Assembly (NCBI GenBank): GCA_032718475.1
Contig: JAUCBJ010004839.1
Location: 1 to 64,000, forward strand
Direction: 5' to 3'
Origin: Nemertoderma westbladi
Lineage: Eukaryota; Animalia; Xenacoelomorpha
DNA length: 64,000 nucleotides
Below are positions 1-13,400 of this stretch, piece by piece. The notes beneath the pieces are model-generated. The model made no database searches. It had not been told where the DNA came from and saw nothing but the letters and a program-made list of their open reading frames with translations. A program made the position numbers and the translations under genes. The first letter of the stretch is position 1. Each line of letters starts with the position of its first letter.

Positions 1-589
1 GGCAACCTTCCCAAGTCGGCTGTCCAATCGAACAGCTCAGATCCCTCCTAAAGGATTCCAACGCCTTGGAGGGGGGAACTGGTTAGCAAAGAAAACAAAT
101 CAGTCATATCCCAGAAAAACCTTTACAGTAGGTTTCAGAGTATTTTAGCGTATGGGGGAAAAACTGGGTTGCGGGGCGAAGGGCCAATTACATCCCACAG
201 AAGCTTTTACAGTGATTAGTCAGACATTCATTACTGGAAAAATAATTATATGTTTTTACAGATATAAATTAATATTTAACAGGTAAAGAAAGTATATAAA
301 TTATATATTGTTTTAATTTATGTATGTGCTTTTAATATTCATTTTTTCAGTATAGGTAATTAATATCAGTTTGTTACCGATTTCCAATAAACCGACTGTT
401 TTTATTTGTTGTAAATCTTGTAACAATACAATGTAAGTCACTTTATTTGTAAAATTAGTTAACAAGTTTGACAAAAAATGAATACTTTTATATCAACAAA
501 AAAAGTATTGTTGAATTAAATTTCCAAGTAATTTCCATGATATTAATAATAATATTGCATTTAAATAGATAGCGCTGATGGTATCCACA

Positions 590-653
590 GGCATGGACTT
601 CTAGAATATTAATTTATACTTCCGGTATAAATAACATTCTAGAAATCCATGCC
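590..653. repeat. Near-perfect ~30-bp-arm palindrome (tiny MITE-like hairpin)
   Basis: ggcatggacttctagaatattaatttatac ... gtataaataacattctagaaatccatgcc, flanked by aca on both sides. Confidence 0.6.
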
Positions 654-829
654 ACAGGTTATTTTATATTCTTGAATATTATAATATCATAATAGAGCCT
701 ATATTACCTATTTTGCTATTTCGCTTTATATAACGGTATTTCACTATGGAAGAAGCTTCGATGGACGATATTTATGCTGAAATAGGCCCAGATAAAAGTA
801 CGAGAAGACTTACAACAAATAAAACGACG

Positions 830-937
830 TAAGTGGTGGCAAAAAGTTAGACTTTTTGTCTTGCTTTCTTATTTGTCTCGTCACATTCGCCATATAATAA
901 CGCTCGATAAAATATTATACTTTTTTGCCACCACTTA
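830..937. repeat. Short inverted-repeat element
   Basis: taagtggtggcaaaaa ... tttttgccaccactta, 16-bp perfect inverted repeat. Confidence 0.5.
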
Positions 938-1224
938 AATATTTATTTTTTTGCGACCAAAAAGTATTATAATTATTTGCAATTTTCGGTCAATTTAACA
1001 TTAAATATATGTAGGTTATTATCATTTTATTTTTTATGTTTGCCATGGATCCGAGAGGCTACCCATCTAGGTCACCTTCTAGATTTACAAATTCTTGATA
1101 TCACAATAACAATAATAATTTTTTAATCTCCTTCTCCTTAAAATTTATTTATTATTTTATCAGTTAAATTATTAAATAAACTGTATTTCCTGTAACCACT
1201 AATTAGTTGTTGTAATGTTGCTAG

Positions 1225-1488
1225 GTAACGCTAAACGTATTCACAAAGAACCAGCTGACAGCGTCTGAGACGGTGGACTTAACGGACACCAATGACTACG
1301 ACTATATCAGTCAGAGATACCGCTTGTTGCTATGGAGTCCATCCGGAACTTCCTTCTATATCGGTGGCGTTCCCCCGGGTTACAAGGTACACAGTGACGT
1401 GCAGTCACGTGACTTCATGGGTTACATAGACAGTGTCCAATTTGCTACCAAACACATTGGAATTCATAATTTCATTTCGAGCAATAAG
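1225..1488 (+). CDS. Laminin alpha exon (LG1 end)
   Basis: ctag| VTLNVFTKN...FYIGGVPPG...FISSNK |gtaggt. Confidence 0.85.
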
Positions 1489-4400
1489 GTAGGTATGGCC
1501 GGTAGGTGGCGCCACACTATTTGCTGTATATCTTTTTATATTTTACAATACAGGCCTATTATCTGGATAGAAAAGTCACTGTCTGCCGTAAAAAGTCGTG
1601 TTTCAGAGTTGTTGACGATTTTACATTTTTTACAAGTTTTACTAAATCAATTACAAATTTTTATAAATATTTTAAACTAAATATGATAATCATTGTTATT
1701 AAGACTCGTAATATTAATTTTAACCAATCACGTGTTTCAGTTGGAACTCGGTGGCGAGATGCCTAGCAACTCAGACAGACGAAGTGTGCCGTCCGAAGGC
1801 GAATTCCAATTCGATGGTCGTGGATATGTTGCCATCGACCACGATATCGTTGCGAGGCACGTTAAAACTAAATTCGCGTTTACGATTAAAACTGACGTTT
1901 CGGATGCGCTACTGTTCTACTTCTTAAGTGGGTTTATAACATTTTATTATTTACTACTTTATTTTATTCCGGCGTGAAATACGGCGGCTCGTAATCACAA
2001 TTATTTTGCTGTATTTTATTTCCCGAGCAGCTCGCCAGTTGGTAATAGTTAGTAACTCTGGAAACATATCTTTGCTCGCTATCATTTTTATTGTGTTACA
2101 TATTCTATTTCTATGTGAAGAGCTTTCTATAGAAAACGGCCTTGCCTTGTGTTTACTTGTAGTCCTGAGCGTAGCCCCAAGAACCTGTATAAGTAAGTGA
2201 AACATTTACTTTTACGAGTAACAAACCCAACTAATGGTTTTTTGTATATTGTTTGAACATGTTTTTGTAGTAGACGTATAATATACAAATTTATCGAATG
2301 TGATTTTCAAATCAGGAAAAAATATAACACTTTTCTAACTGTTAAATTCAATAAAAAATCATCTAATAATCAATACATCCATTCAGAACTCCATTTTGAG
2401 AGCCATTTGCAGGTTGTATAATTGTGTTGGATCTTTGCAGGCAACAAAACCCAAGCCTTCCTATCTGTGGAGTTAGTTAACGGATATATCCGGATCCAGT
2501 TCGATCTCGGTGGCGGTAGACGCGAAGTTACTTTCGATAAAGGAGTTATAACTTCCACCGATGGAAGGGAAGAGGGTATAGTTGTTCGTCTCACGAGAGG
2601 AACTTTGTCCTTTTTGGGTCCGGGGGAGGTTTTCTCAAAAGAGTTTCTTGAGGTGAGTCATTGATTTTTTAATAATTACCCCGACCAAGGATTACAATAT
2701 AAACATTAAATTATTAATGAATAATTACTACTAATTTATTATATAAATTTTATTATTCCAGTTTAAAGATATAGATATTGATGAATTGTCTGAGGTTTAT
2801 ATTGGCGGTGTCCCACACGGTGCAATGCGACATTCGGGTATTATAACTACGGGTTTCCAGGGCTGTCTCAGGGATATTAAGCTAGGGAGAATTCGAAGAA
2901 TCAATTTAATCAACCAGAGAAAGTCTATTGGGGTTGCAGCAGGTAGGAATGGTTATTACTTAGTGAGGTTATGATCTTGTCAAAACCCGGCATTACCCTC
3001 CGGACACAACAGATCTAATGAAGTTAAGTGGTTATTTTATTCACGGATCTAAGAAAATTTGTGTTTATTTTACAGGTTGTTCTGGTTCACCTCCGGCTGT
3101 CTACAAAGGTGTGTTCAGTCAAGGATATATTCAGATGCCTCCCCCCGAGAAAGCAAGCGGAAAGCTGTTCATGATCGAGTTCATGTAAGAATATAAATAT
3201 ATTCAATCTGGTATCAAATTGGTTTAATTATATTTTCTGTCATGTTGAACTCCGATTTAAAGGTGATATTAACAGCAACATCCAGATGGTTTGGAGTTGT
3301 GTTGATGTCGGCCAATAGGGTTGATGCACGAAAAAATTGTTGGGCTAGAAACCATCGTATAAGGGGTAACAAGGTGCCCTGAATCGAGTGGCGGGGTGTG
3401 TTTTTTTGTAAAAACACGAGGAAACGGTCTATATGGCGGGTTTAAGAAAGCGCGGGAGGCCAATTTTGAAATTCGGCTGTGATTGGCTGCCACATATTTA
3501 ACGTCATTACGCAGTGCTCTGATAAATTATTATCTTGGTTTCTATGGAGAGAGATTTTCGATCGATTTAAATACACATTTAATCATAATTATTCCACACG
3601 TGGCTTATAACAATTGAAAGCGGAGAGTCGTGCGCGTTTTTTGACACTACAGTTAATTAAATTCACGACGAGGAACATTGATAAATAGATGTATTCAGCT
3701 GTATTTCCAGCAGCAATACCGGTACTGCATTCCAATCTGTATTGATTACGGTAGATTAGATTTAAAATAAACTTGTAATACCGGCCAGCCGGTACTATAA
3801 TACCCTAATAATTGGAAGTAGCAGTAGACTAGGCCCCTACTTGAATATTAAAAATGTGTACCGGTCACCGGTAAACCCAACTTAATGAAGTAAAGCTGCA
3901 ATACTCAGATACTGCAATAGGCTGAGTACTTACACCGGCCCGGCAATCTGCGAGTTTATAATTGTGAATTGATTCATTTTATCAATGTTCATTGCCATGA
4001 ATTTGACTAATTTTTGTGTCAAAAAACGCCCAAGACTCTCCGCTTTCAATTGTGGTCCACGTGTTCCATGTGTTCCACGGTTCCTAATAGGTACATTATT
4101 GTCCAGAATTGAAATTATCCGCGATACCAGGAAGGGAGTTCACTATCTAAGTTGTAAAGTGGTTTCCAGTTAATTTTATTGATTTCTGATATGAATTTAG
4201 TTTTTGAAAATTTAGAGAAATCGCGATATTTTTGTATTTCATTGGTTGTTTTCGACGGTTTCATAAGTGCTTTGCTTATTGAATGAAATGCTTTATTAGA
4301 TTTTCTATTTTCTGTTATATCTCACTCCACCTATTTTTATTGGTTCTTCCAGGTTCCGAACCGTCCAATCAGATTCAATGCTCATGTTTATCGTCAGTCC

Positions 4401-7400
4401 AACATCCAATGACGCGGTCTCTATTGAACTAGCCAATGGCTTCGTATCTGTTACTTTCTACGATAATGGTATTAACATTGGGCTAACTACAGCTAGCGAC
4501 GGCACACGATTGGATAATAATAAATGGCATTACGTTACATTGGGTCGATATAGTGAACGGAGCGAGTTAACTGTGAGTTAACTATCAACATCCCTGACAT
4601 TTCTGAATTCATACGTACTTTTATTACATTATGCTGAAGATTTCCGCCACCTCAGACTAAGTATGTGCCACCATGATGATGGTGATCGGTGCAGTGCCGA
4701 CGGACCCAGTAACATAGCGCCCCCTACCGGCGGACCCAGTAACATAGCGCCCCCTACCGGCATACCCAGTAACATAGCGCCCCCTACCGGCATACCCAGT
4801 AACATAGCGCCCCCTACCGGCGGACCCAGTAACATAGCGCCCCCTACCGGCGGACCCAGTAACATAGCGCCCCCTACCGGCGTACCCAGTAACATAGCGC
4901 CCCCTACCGGCGGACCCAGTAACATAGCGCCCCCTACCGGCGGAGCCAGTAACATATCGCCCCCTACCGGCGGACCCAGTAACATAGCGCCCCCTACCTG
5001 CGGACCCAGTAACATAGCGCCCCCTACCGGCGGACCCAGTAACATAGCGCCCCCTACCGACAGACCCAGTAACATAGCTCCCCCATATCTCACTGGTGAG
5101 CAATTAGCTGTCCACCACGCCTTTTCTTTCCAGCAGTCTGCCACGCAGGACGCAGTACACGGTTGTGTATAGAAACAGTGCCCAGCAAGCTTTACACGGC
5201 GTACTGCAGGGTGATGCTTTGTCTTGGAAATGAGATATTGCCATAGTTAATTCAGCAATATTCGGTTGAATAATTTTAGCGCAATCGAGATAGACTAATT
5301 CCACGATATGTATATTTCTCACAGTTTGATTGGCTATTTCATTTTCTTTTTAGATAAACGACTACCAAGCCGTCAAGTTACAAGTCTCTACGAACCTTTA
5401 TGTGGACGACGCGGTTATATTTCTGGGCGGGGCACCTAACTTTAAGGATTTCCAGGAATCTCCAACAACCGCGGAAGTTCTTAACCTCTACTCCGGCTGT
5501 TTACAGAGCGTTTATGTAACTTACGGTAAAAATATAGCAGACCTTATGAACTTTGTGGAGGTAAGTTTCTATTAATATCTTATTTAAACATTATCGAGCT
5601 TTGTGTTCTCGGACAATAATTATTATCGGGATATTTTGATACAATCATTATTTGCCATATTGATACCAAGTCAACCAAGTACCATTACTGATGTTACAAA
5701 AAAGTAGTGTCCTAATTATTATTTATTTATTTACATACTGATTTATTTACATAATAATTACTATATTTATTTACATACATATAATTTATTTACTATATAA
5801 TACTGACGCATTCAACGCCGACAACTGCTGAAAATACTGCGATAACCTATTTTAACTGTCTGACTGTACTGCTATTTTATTAACATTATACGCTACTCAA
5901 TACCCACCATGGTTCATGCTGAAGTTGCTAATAAAATCCAAAATGACACGATCTCACTGATAAGAGAGATAAAAACGAAGAAAAAGATATCCCTAGACGA
6001 GGAGCACCAACTAATAGATAGTCTCATGAAGATGAACTCGCTGTACAATGCCGTAGCCGGCAAACTGGCGGAATCGCTCGCTAGCCTTGCAGAGGCCCGC
6101 GCAGACACGATCACTGCAAAAACGAGGTAGTAGCTATCCTTTCAACCTACAATAAGGTCGCTGCACCAACTCCATCAGCTCCCAAATACAGTGCACAGAA
6201 CAGGAAAGGCGGTACCGGGAAGTACAACCATCCAACCCCACAATCCAATGGGCAAGGCCGCAGCTCAGCGAGTGAGCTCCTGGAACCAACCGCGACAGCG
6301 GCACCAGCACCGCCAACGACGTATACGAACACCGTCGAATAACCCCCTGCGAATCCAAACCCCTGGTGCGAGGCTCGGAATAAACGCAATACCGAAGCTC
6401 GGAATAAATGCTCGCGTCCCGCCCCCATCGTGGGGAGGAGATCCGGTACGGGTCTTGGGGTCGTTCCTCCACCAAGTCCACCCGTCTGCCTCGCGCACAT
6501 CTTACTGGGGCAATTCGCTGAGTCTGTCTACGCGGACGACGTAAAACAGTATCTAACATCGGAGAAACTGCCATTCGTTAACGTTATTCCTGCCCCATTG
6601 TGCACTGGTACCGGTATCCCGGAACCGTCACCTGTGATTCGCGCGTTCCACCTAAACATGTAACCAGGAGGACCGGGACGTTATGATGAACCCGGACAAC
6701 TGGGAGGATGGAGTTGTAATCAGGAACTACCGCCTAACAGATGTGGAGAGGATCACATTTAACCTCAAACCACGCATTACTGGAGCACACGTACCGACTA
6801 CCGCATCGGCATTGGCCACCCCGGTCGCGAGCCAGGTCCTGGCTGTGGACGGTGTACGGTGGACAAGAAATCACCACTGTTTTGTACTGGTTGCCTAAAA
6901 CAGTATATATACCTGGCGAGTTTATATAAACATCAACGTGGATGTAACAGATTTCTAACCGTTGAAAACTACAAACTTCTATCCGAGTTACCCATGTTAC
7001 CCCTAGTACTAAGAGAACAAACGATGCAAACTCTCTTCACATCATAGTATGGAATGTCAAGGGAGCAAAAAGCACAATGGATTTATCAACAGAAGACTCA
7101 TTCACAAACACTGATATCCTCGTTTTAACAGAAACCATGGACTCTGATCTATATATCCTGGGTTACCGTTGTCACAATGTCCCCTGCGAGAAAGCAGACC
7201 AGGTAGACCCAATGGGGGATTAACAATCGCTGTAAATGGAAAAAACTCGTTAACACAAAAGCAAATTATAAACAGCAAAACTCTCCTAGCTGTGCGGGTT
7301 GATAAATTCGTTGTCGTAGCCTGTTATTACACACCGAATACAGAGCCATCAGAAATATTACTCGAACTCGTATCCGCCATTAACACGATTCGTTCGAATT

Positions 7401-10400
7401 GCCATTTTCCAATCATCCTAGCAGGAGACTTTAACTGTCGTATCGACAGAACCGCTGAACGTGGCAACACGCTGTGCAGTGGCCTGTTAGGTGCCGGCCT
7501 ACATTGCCTGAATAATCCTGACGTTCCAACCTACTATTGTTGGAACGGATGTAGTTTTATTGATCTTGTATTCGCGGAGAGCGAACTCGCAGATGATATA
7601 ATATTGAAAGTACAACCTACGATAACTACGAAATATCAACGGGTATGTTTAGAATTGCCGCTCGGAGAAGTAACTAAACCTCAGCATAGAACTAAAGCCG
7701 TGAGGTCAATAGACGTTGACAAACTAGGCGAATTGTTAAATCCAGACGAGTTCCAATCAGCACTTCATGAAGGAGTCAACTCTGCATGCTCATATATTAC
7801 ATCAGCTATAATCAACTCTTCAACCACGCCAACCACACGAAAATCAAAACCTTGGTTTGACAAACAATGTCATGCCGCAACCCTGCAAACAATTTACTTT
7901 CAAGGAATGTCAGAAAAACATCATTAATTTGTTATAAATGTTGATAAATGTTATTCCCTTGTTTGATAGAATATTTAGATGTTCAATATATGTTATTTTA
8001 ACATTACTCTATAATGTCTTTGTCAGACATTAAATAAATGATAACTGTTGATGTTAAAAAAACGTAATTATAATGTGAGAACATAAACATTAGTCAAAAA
8101 TGTTTTATAAGTGTTTAGTTCTAACATTTTAAGAACATGGTTTGTTACATATCAGAACAATGTTATTTTGTCACATAAAATAAACATTATGCGATAGACG
8201 CTGTCACTTCTATTATCCAATCTGAGATTGATGATTGGCTAATTTTAAAATTCGCGGTAATGGAGGAATTTTCCACATGTAAATGGTATACAGTATGGTA
8301 TGTTGTACAATACTCATTCTGTCATGCCTGTATTCAATGTTTATTGTGTATATGTATTGTTATACTGCTGTACTGCAAGGCCTATCTCTATATTACTGTA
8401 GTGTAGTTACTGCAGGCCTACTGCTCTGTACAGTAGCTTATATTTTTGGTTTTATAGTTTTGGTTTTGTGATTTATTTAACCTGAACTCATAAATAAAAC
8501 ATATCTACCTGAATGCGAGTTAGCCTTTACCCTCTGGATTCACACATTACTGCATTAGACCTACCAATTACAGAATTCAAGTCTGCCAGGACCAGAAAGT
8601 CCCCTTAAACCAGAACTGACAGGTGGAGGATTGACTTATTTGTCTGTACTGATGGTGGATTTCAACAGCCGAGGACTAAAGATTGGAATTCTTATTATTG
8701 GGAGGTCCCAGTTTTCAGTTGAAGGGGCAGGGCACAGGGACAGCATTACTACAAAACTTTCGATTCGATTTCGATTTGAAAACTTCACATTAACTGTTAT
8801 TACAAACTATTTATTGTTTCAGTTTTTAGATTGTACTTTTGTAGGGCCTAGGCCTATTGATTTATTTTTACAGTTTAATAAATGAAGCTCACTCAGCTAT
8901 AATTATAATTAACATTTAATTTTTTAAATATGATTTGTTCAGATAGAGAGGATTTGCGATGCAATCAAAATCATCCCTCTCCAGGGAGATATCGATTCAA
9001 ATAAGTACTGATTACTCTCCCAGAAATAAATCTGTAACCTGTTTTTTTTTGTTTACCCGTAGGATATAATAATGTGCCTCTGTAGCCAACTGTAACCTGC
9101 TCCTTTTAATAATTTAACATTGTTGTGAGGTATTATTTATTAAACCCACTATGTACATTATTTTATATAGTCTACAAATTAGATCTATAAATCTAGTGAA
9201 TAATATTAACTCAAAGTATTTTAATTGATGCAATTCATTACGTTGTTGTCACTTATTATTACGTCATAAACATATTCTTTTTAAGTCTGTAATTAACTTT
9301 AACCGAAATATCAAAACCATTTACATAATGGGCCATACAGCCATATATTTGTTGTTTTACTTATTCTGCGATATTTTACTTTGATTTTGCTGTTTATTTC
9401 ATTATTTGTTCCTGACTGGTCATTATACAAAAAATTCAATTCATGTTAAACGTTTTAATTGTTATTAATTTGCATACAATTGCCTACAACAAAATTGTAT
9501 TCAATCAAACTGTGTTAGAGATTGTAGCCTGCCACTACCATATCAACATGCATAGGGAAATTATTAATTAATTATTCAATAAAGGGTTTGGCAATTATAA
9601 AGAACGATATAAGGAACGGCAATGGAGGGGGATTATTAGTTTGAGCAAGCGAACCAACCATAAAACATGAGAGAAGGGCTTAAATGTACGTATAATGTTA
9701 CGTTTTTAGCAAACAATATTTTTATGTTAAGAAATAACATAAAATTAACGATCTAAATAAACATTACGCCGTTGTTATTTTAATGTCAATAAAAACACAA
9801 TAATAATGATGAGGAATAACATAAAAGTAATGATATATGTAACCATCCTGGCTTTGTTATTTTAATGTTATTAAAAACGAAATAATAACGTTAGTATATA
9901 ACGTCATATTTCTTGGCCAATTTACAGTTTTTTTACCATTAATCTAACAATTTGAAATAATGTTATCTATGTCATTAAATAACATTTTAATAACAGCTTT
10001 TTAACAATACATTGTTTGCAGGGAAGGAAGAAACTGACATCGAGTCTACATGCCATGCGAGAAAGACCATCAATTTGTACATATAGAACCTATAGTGATC
10101 AGAAACGAGAATACAAACACATGTTACAAACACATGCTAAACATGTTAACAAACAAGAGAAAATTGTACCAGGCAAGGAAGGAACTGTCGAGGACTGTGA
10201 GTCTGACAAAACCTCGTTTTGGAACATATTGAAAGGTCCACAACCGAAACCTGTTGCATTCCAAGTTCCACAAGAATCGTGGCTTACCCATTTCAGCAAA
10301 CTGCTGACAGCAAGCCGCGCTCCGAACCTGCCAGACTTACCTGAAAATCCAAGCAACTATCTCGATGCGCCATTCAGAGCCGAGGAAATTACCGCGGTGG

Positions 10401-13400
10401 TGTCGAATCAGAAACTAAACAAAGCAGCTGGGCCCGATGGAGTAACCAACGAATCTCTGAAGTGGGGTTTTGGCCATCTCCTCCCATATCTACTCGCACT
10501 ATTCTCGCTGTGCTTCACAGCAGCGAGTTGCCCGACTGCGTGGCTTGCCTCCTATTTACTCCCTCTGTTCAAGGGGAAAGGGGCGAAATCCTCTCCCGAC
10601 AGCTATAGGGGTATAGTGCTTCTATCATGTTTATTAAAAACATATACCGCCATACTAAGCTCGAGACTATATAAATGGGCCGAGCTATTCGGTATTTTAC
10701 CAGAGCAACAATACGGTTTCCGCACAGCCAGATCTACGATTATGGCCGTTAAATGCCTCTACGACTGAATAAATGAAGCCCTAGCGCCATCAGATTCTAT
10801 GCAAGAAGCTGTCCAGTTACGGAGTTAGCCGGAAGTTCATACGTGTGATATAGGCCCTCATTGCCGTTAACTTTGTATGTATCTGCATTAGACCTTATAT
10901 CATGGACCCAATAAGTCAATCGCTCGGAGTTGTTCAAGGTGACCGACTCTCACCCCTGTTGTTCAGCCTCCTCGTCGCCGATCTACCTGCATTCATTGCT
11001 ATTGCAGCCTGTTGGGTAATTATGTATGCAGACGATCTTGTTATCGCCGATGAATCCATAGCCGTTGTACAGGATGGACTAAACAAACTATCTGAATATT
11101 GCGAGGTCAACGATCTAAAGGTCAACATATCGAAAACCAAAGCTGTTAAATTTCCAACGGTGGCCGGTTGGCTCGAAGCGATGTTCTGATATACAACGGT
11201 TCCCCCATCGAGTTTCAACCTTCATTCGAATATCTCGGTGTGACGCTATCAACTAAAAATGGACCTAGGTCCCATTACGACCACCTGTATCGCAAGGGGA
11301 TTGCCTGTTGTACGCGAATTGCGATAAAGATAAGTTGTCTCGATTGCCACCGCAAGGAAAATATGGCTAGCGATCGTCCTACCGTCTGTTTCTTACGGCT
11401 GCAACATTTTCGCAACAGAACCACATATAATCGAACTCGACCACATCCACCGCATACGTGCGTTTTATTGGAAACTCTGGTTTGGAATCAGTAAATACGC
11501 ATCGTCGACCGCAATCCTTTCCAGTATTGACCACCCCGACTCCTCAGCTATTAACCCGGTCAATCTAACTGGTTATAGGCGTCGGGTAGCTGGTCAGCTG
11601 GTAGCCAACGGTTACCATCATAAACTATGTGCCACTCGGAACTGTTGGCGGCCAATCGAGGAGTGTCGCTGTTTATTGTGTGGCCAATCAGCAATCAGCT
11701 CGGAGCACTATACAATGTGCCCGGGTATCCCAGCAACCAGTTCGGGCCTCCGTACAGGGATATTTCCTGCGGTCCTTACCCTAAACCAATGACCCCCCCC
11801 CCCCCCCCCCCTCAACCAAATAAAACTTTTTAATAGCACAATATTTTATATATTGTTTTATTTATTTTGTAAAACTTTTAATAACCACGTTGTTCATTTT
11901 GCTCCATATGTTTGGAATTACATACATACTGTACAATTTGCATTTATTTATTTGCGTTAATGTTTTATTATTATTATTATTTATTTATTTGTGTTATGTT
12001 TTATTATTATTATTATTTATTTTTATTTATTGCATTATGTGCAGTACCTTAGCCTTGGTTACAGATGAAATAAACAGTATATAGTGTAGTTGCTTATAAA
12101 TGAACTATTATGTTTTTTTTTTTACTTTTATGTTCTCTCTGTTGTTGTGTAACTTTTTCCTTACAGTCTACCCGTCACACTAATGTTCTCTCTGTTGTTG
12201 TGTAACCTTTTCCTTACAGGCTACCCGTCACACTAATGTTCTCTCTGTTGTTATGTAACCTTTTCCTTACAGACTACCCGTCACACTAATGTTCTCTCTG
12301 TTGTTGTGTAACCTTTTCCTTACAGTCTACCCGTCACACTAATGTTCTCTCTGTTGTTATGTAACCTTTTCCTTACAGACTACCCGTCACACTAATGTTC
12401 TCTCTGTTGTTGTGTAACCTTTTCCTTACAGACTACCCGTCACACTAATGTTCTCTCTGTTGTTATGTAACCTTTTCCTTACAGACTACCCGTCACACTA
12501 ATGTTCTCTCTGTTGTTATGTAACCTTTTCCTTACAGGCTACCCGTCACACTAATGTTCTCTCTGTTGTTATGTAACCTTTTCCTTACAGACTACCCGTC
12601 ACACTAATGTTCTCGTTTTTATGTAACCTTTTCAATACAGACTACCCTTCACACTAATGTTCTCTCTGTTGTTATGTAACCTTTTCCTTACAGACTACCC
12701 GTCACACTAATGTTCTCTCTGTTGTTATGTAACCTTTTCCTTACAGACTACCCGTCACACTAATGTTCTCTCTGTTGTTATGTAACCTTTTCCTTACAGA
12801 CTACCCGTCACACTAATGTTATCTCTGTTGTTGTGTAACCTTTTCCTTACAGACTACCCGTCACACTAATGTTCTCTCTGTTGTTATGTAACCTTTTCCT
12901 TACAGACTACCCGTCACACTAATGTTCTCTCTGTTGTTATGTAACCTTTTCCTTGCAGACTACCCGTCACACTAATGTTCTCTCTGTTGTTGTGTAACTT
13001 TTTCCTTACAGGCTACCCGTCACACTAATGTTCTCTCTGTTGTTGTGTAACCTTTTCCTTACAGGCTACCCGTCACACTAATGTTCTCTCTGTTTTGTGT
13101 AACTTTTTCCTTACAGGCTACCCGTCACACTAATGTTCTCTCTGTTGTTGTGTAACCTTTTCCTTACAGACTACCCGTCACACTAATGTTCTCTCTGTTG
13201 TTATGTAACCTTTTCCTTACAGACTACCCGTCACACTAATGTTCTCTCTGTTGTTATGTAACCTTTTCCTTACAGACTACCCGTCACACTAATGTTCTCT
13301 CCTCTGTTGTTGTGTAACCTTTTCCTTACAGAATACCCGTCACACTAATGTTCACTCTGTTGTTATGTTACTTTTTCCTTACAGGCTACCCGTCACACTA

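Larger units (their letters stand above)
5600..12085 (+). mobile_element. Decayed near-full-length APE-RT non-LTR retrotransposon (LINE, CR1/L2/Jockey-group-like); ends approximate
   Basis: ORF1 remnant from 5909. APE motifs (WNVKG, LTET, AGDFN, IDLVF), KPWFD, and RT motifs (KAAGPDG, YRGIVLLS, QYGFR, GVVQGDRLSPLLF, YADD). AT-rich 3' UTR with AATAAA near 12069. Confidence 0.85.

Noticed and set aside
4629-5172. Pro/Gly-rich ORFs (GPSNIAPPTG) as a possible laminin exon
   Set aside because: Flanking exons 4353-4572 and 5354-5560 join in frame within LG3; the ORFs are translations of the 30-bp repeat
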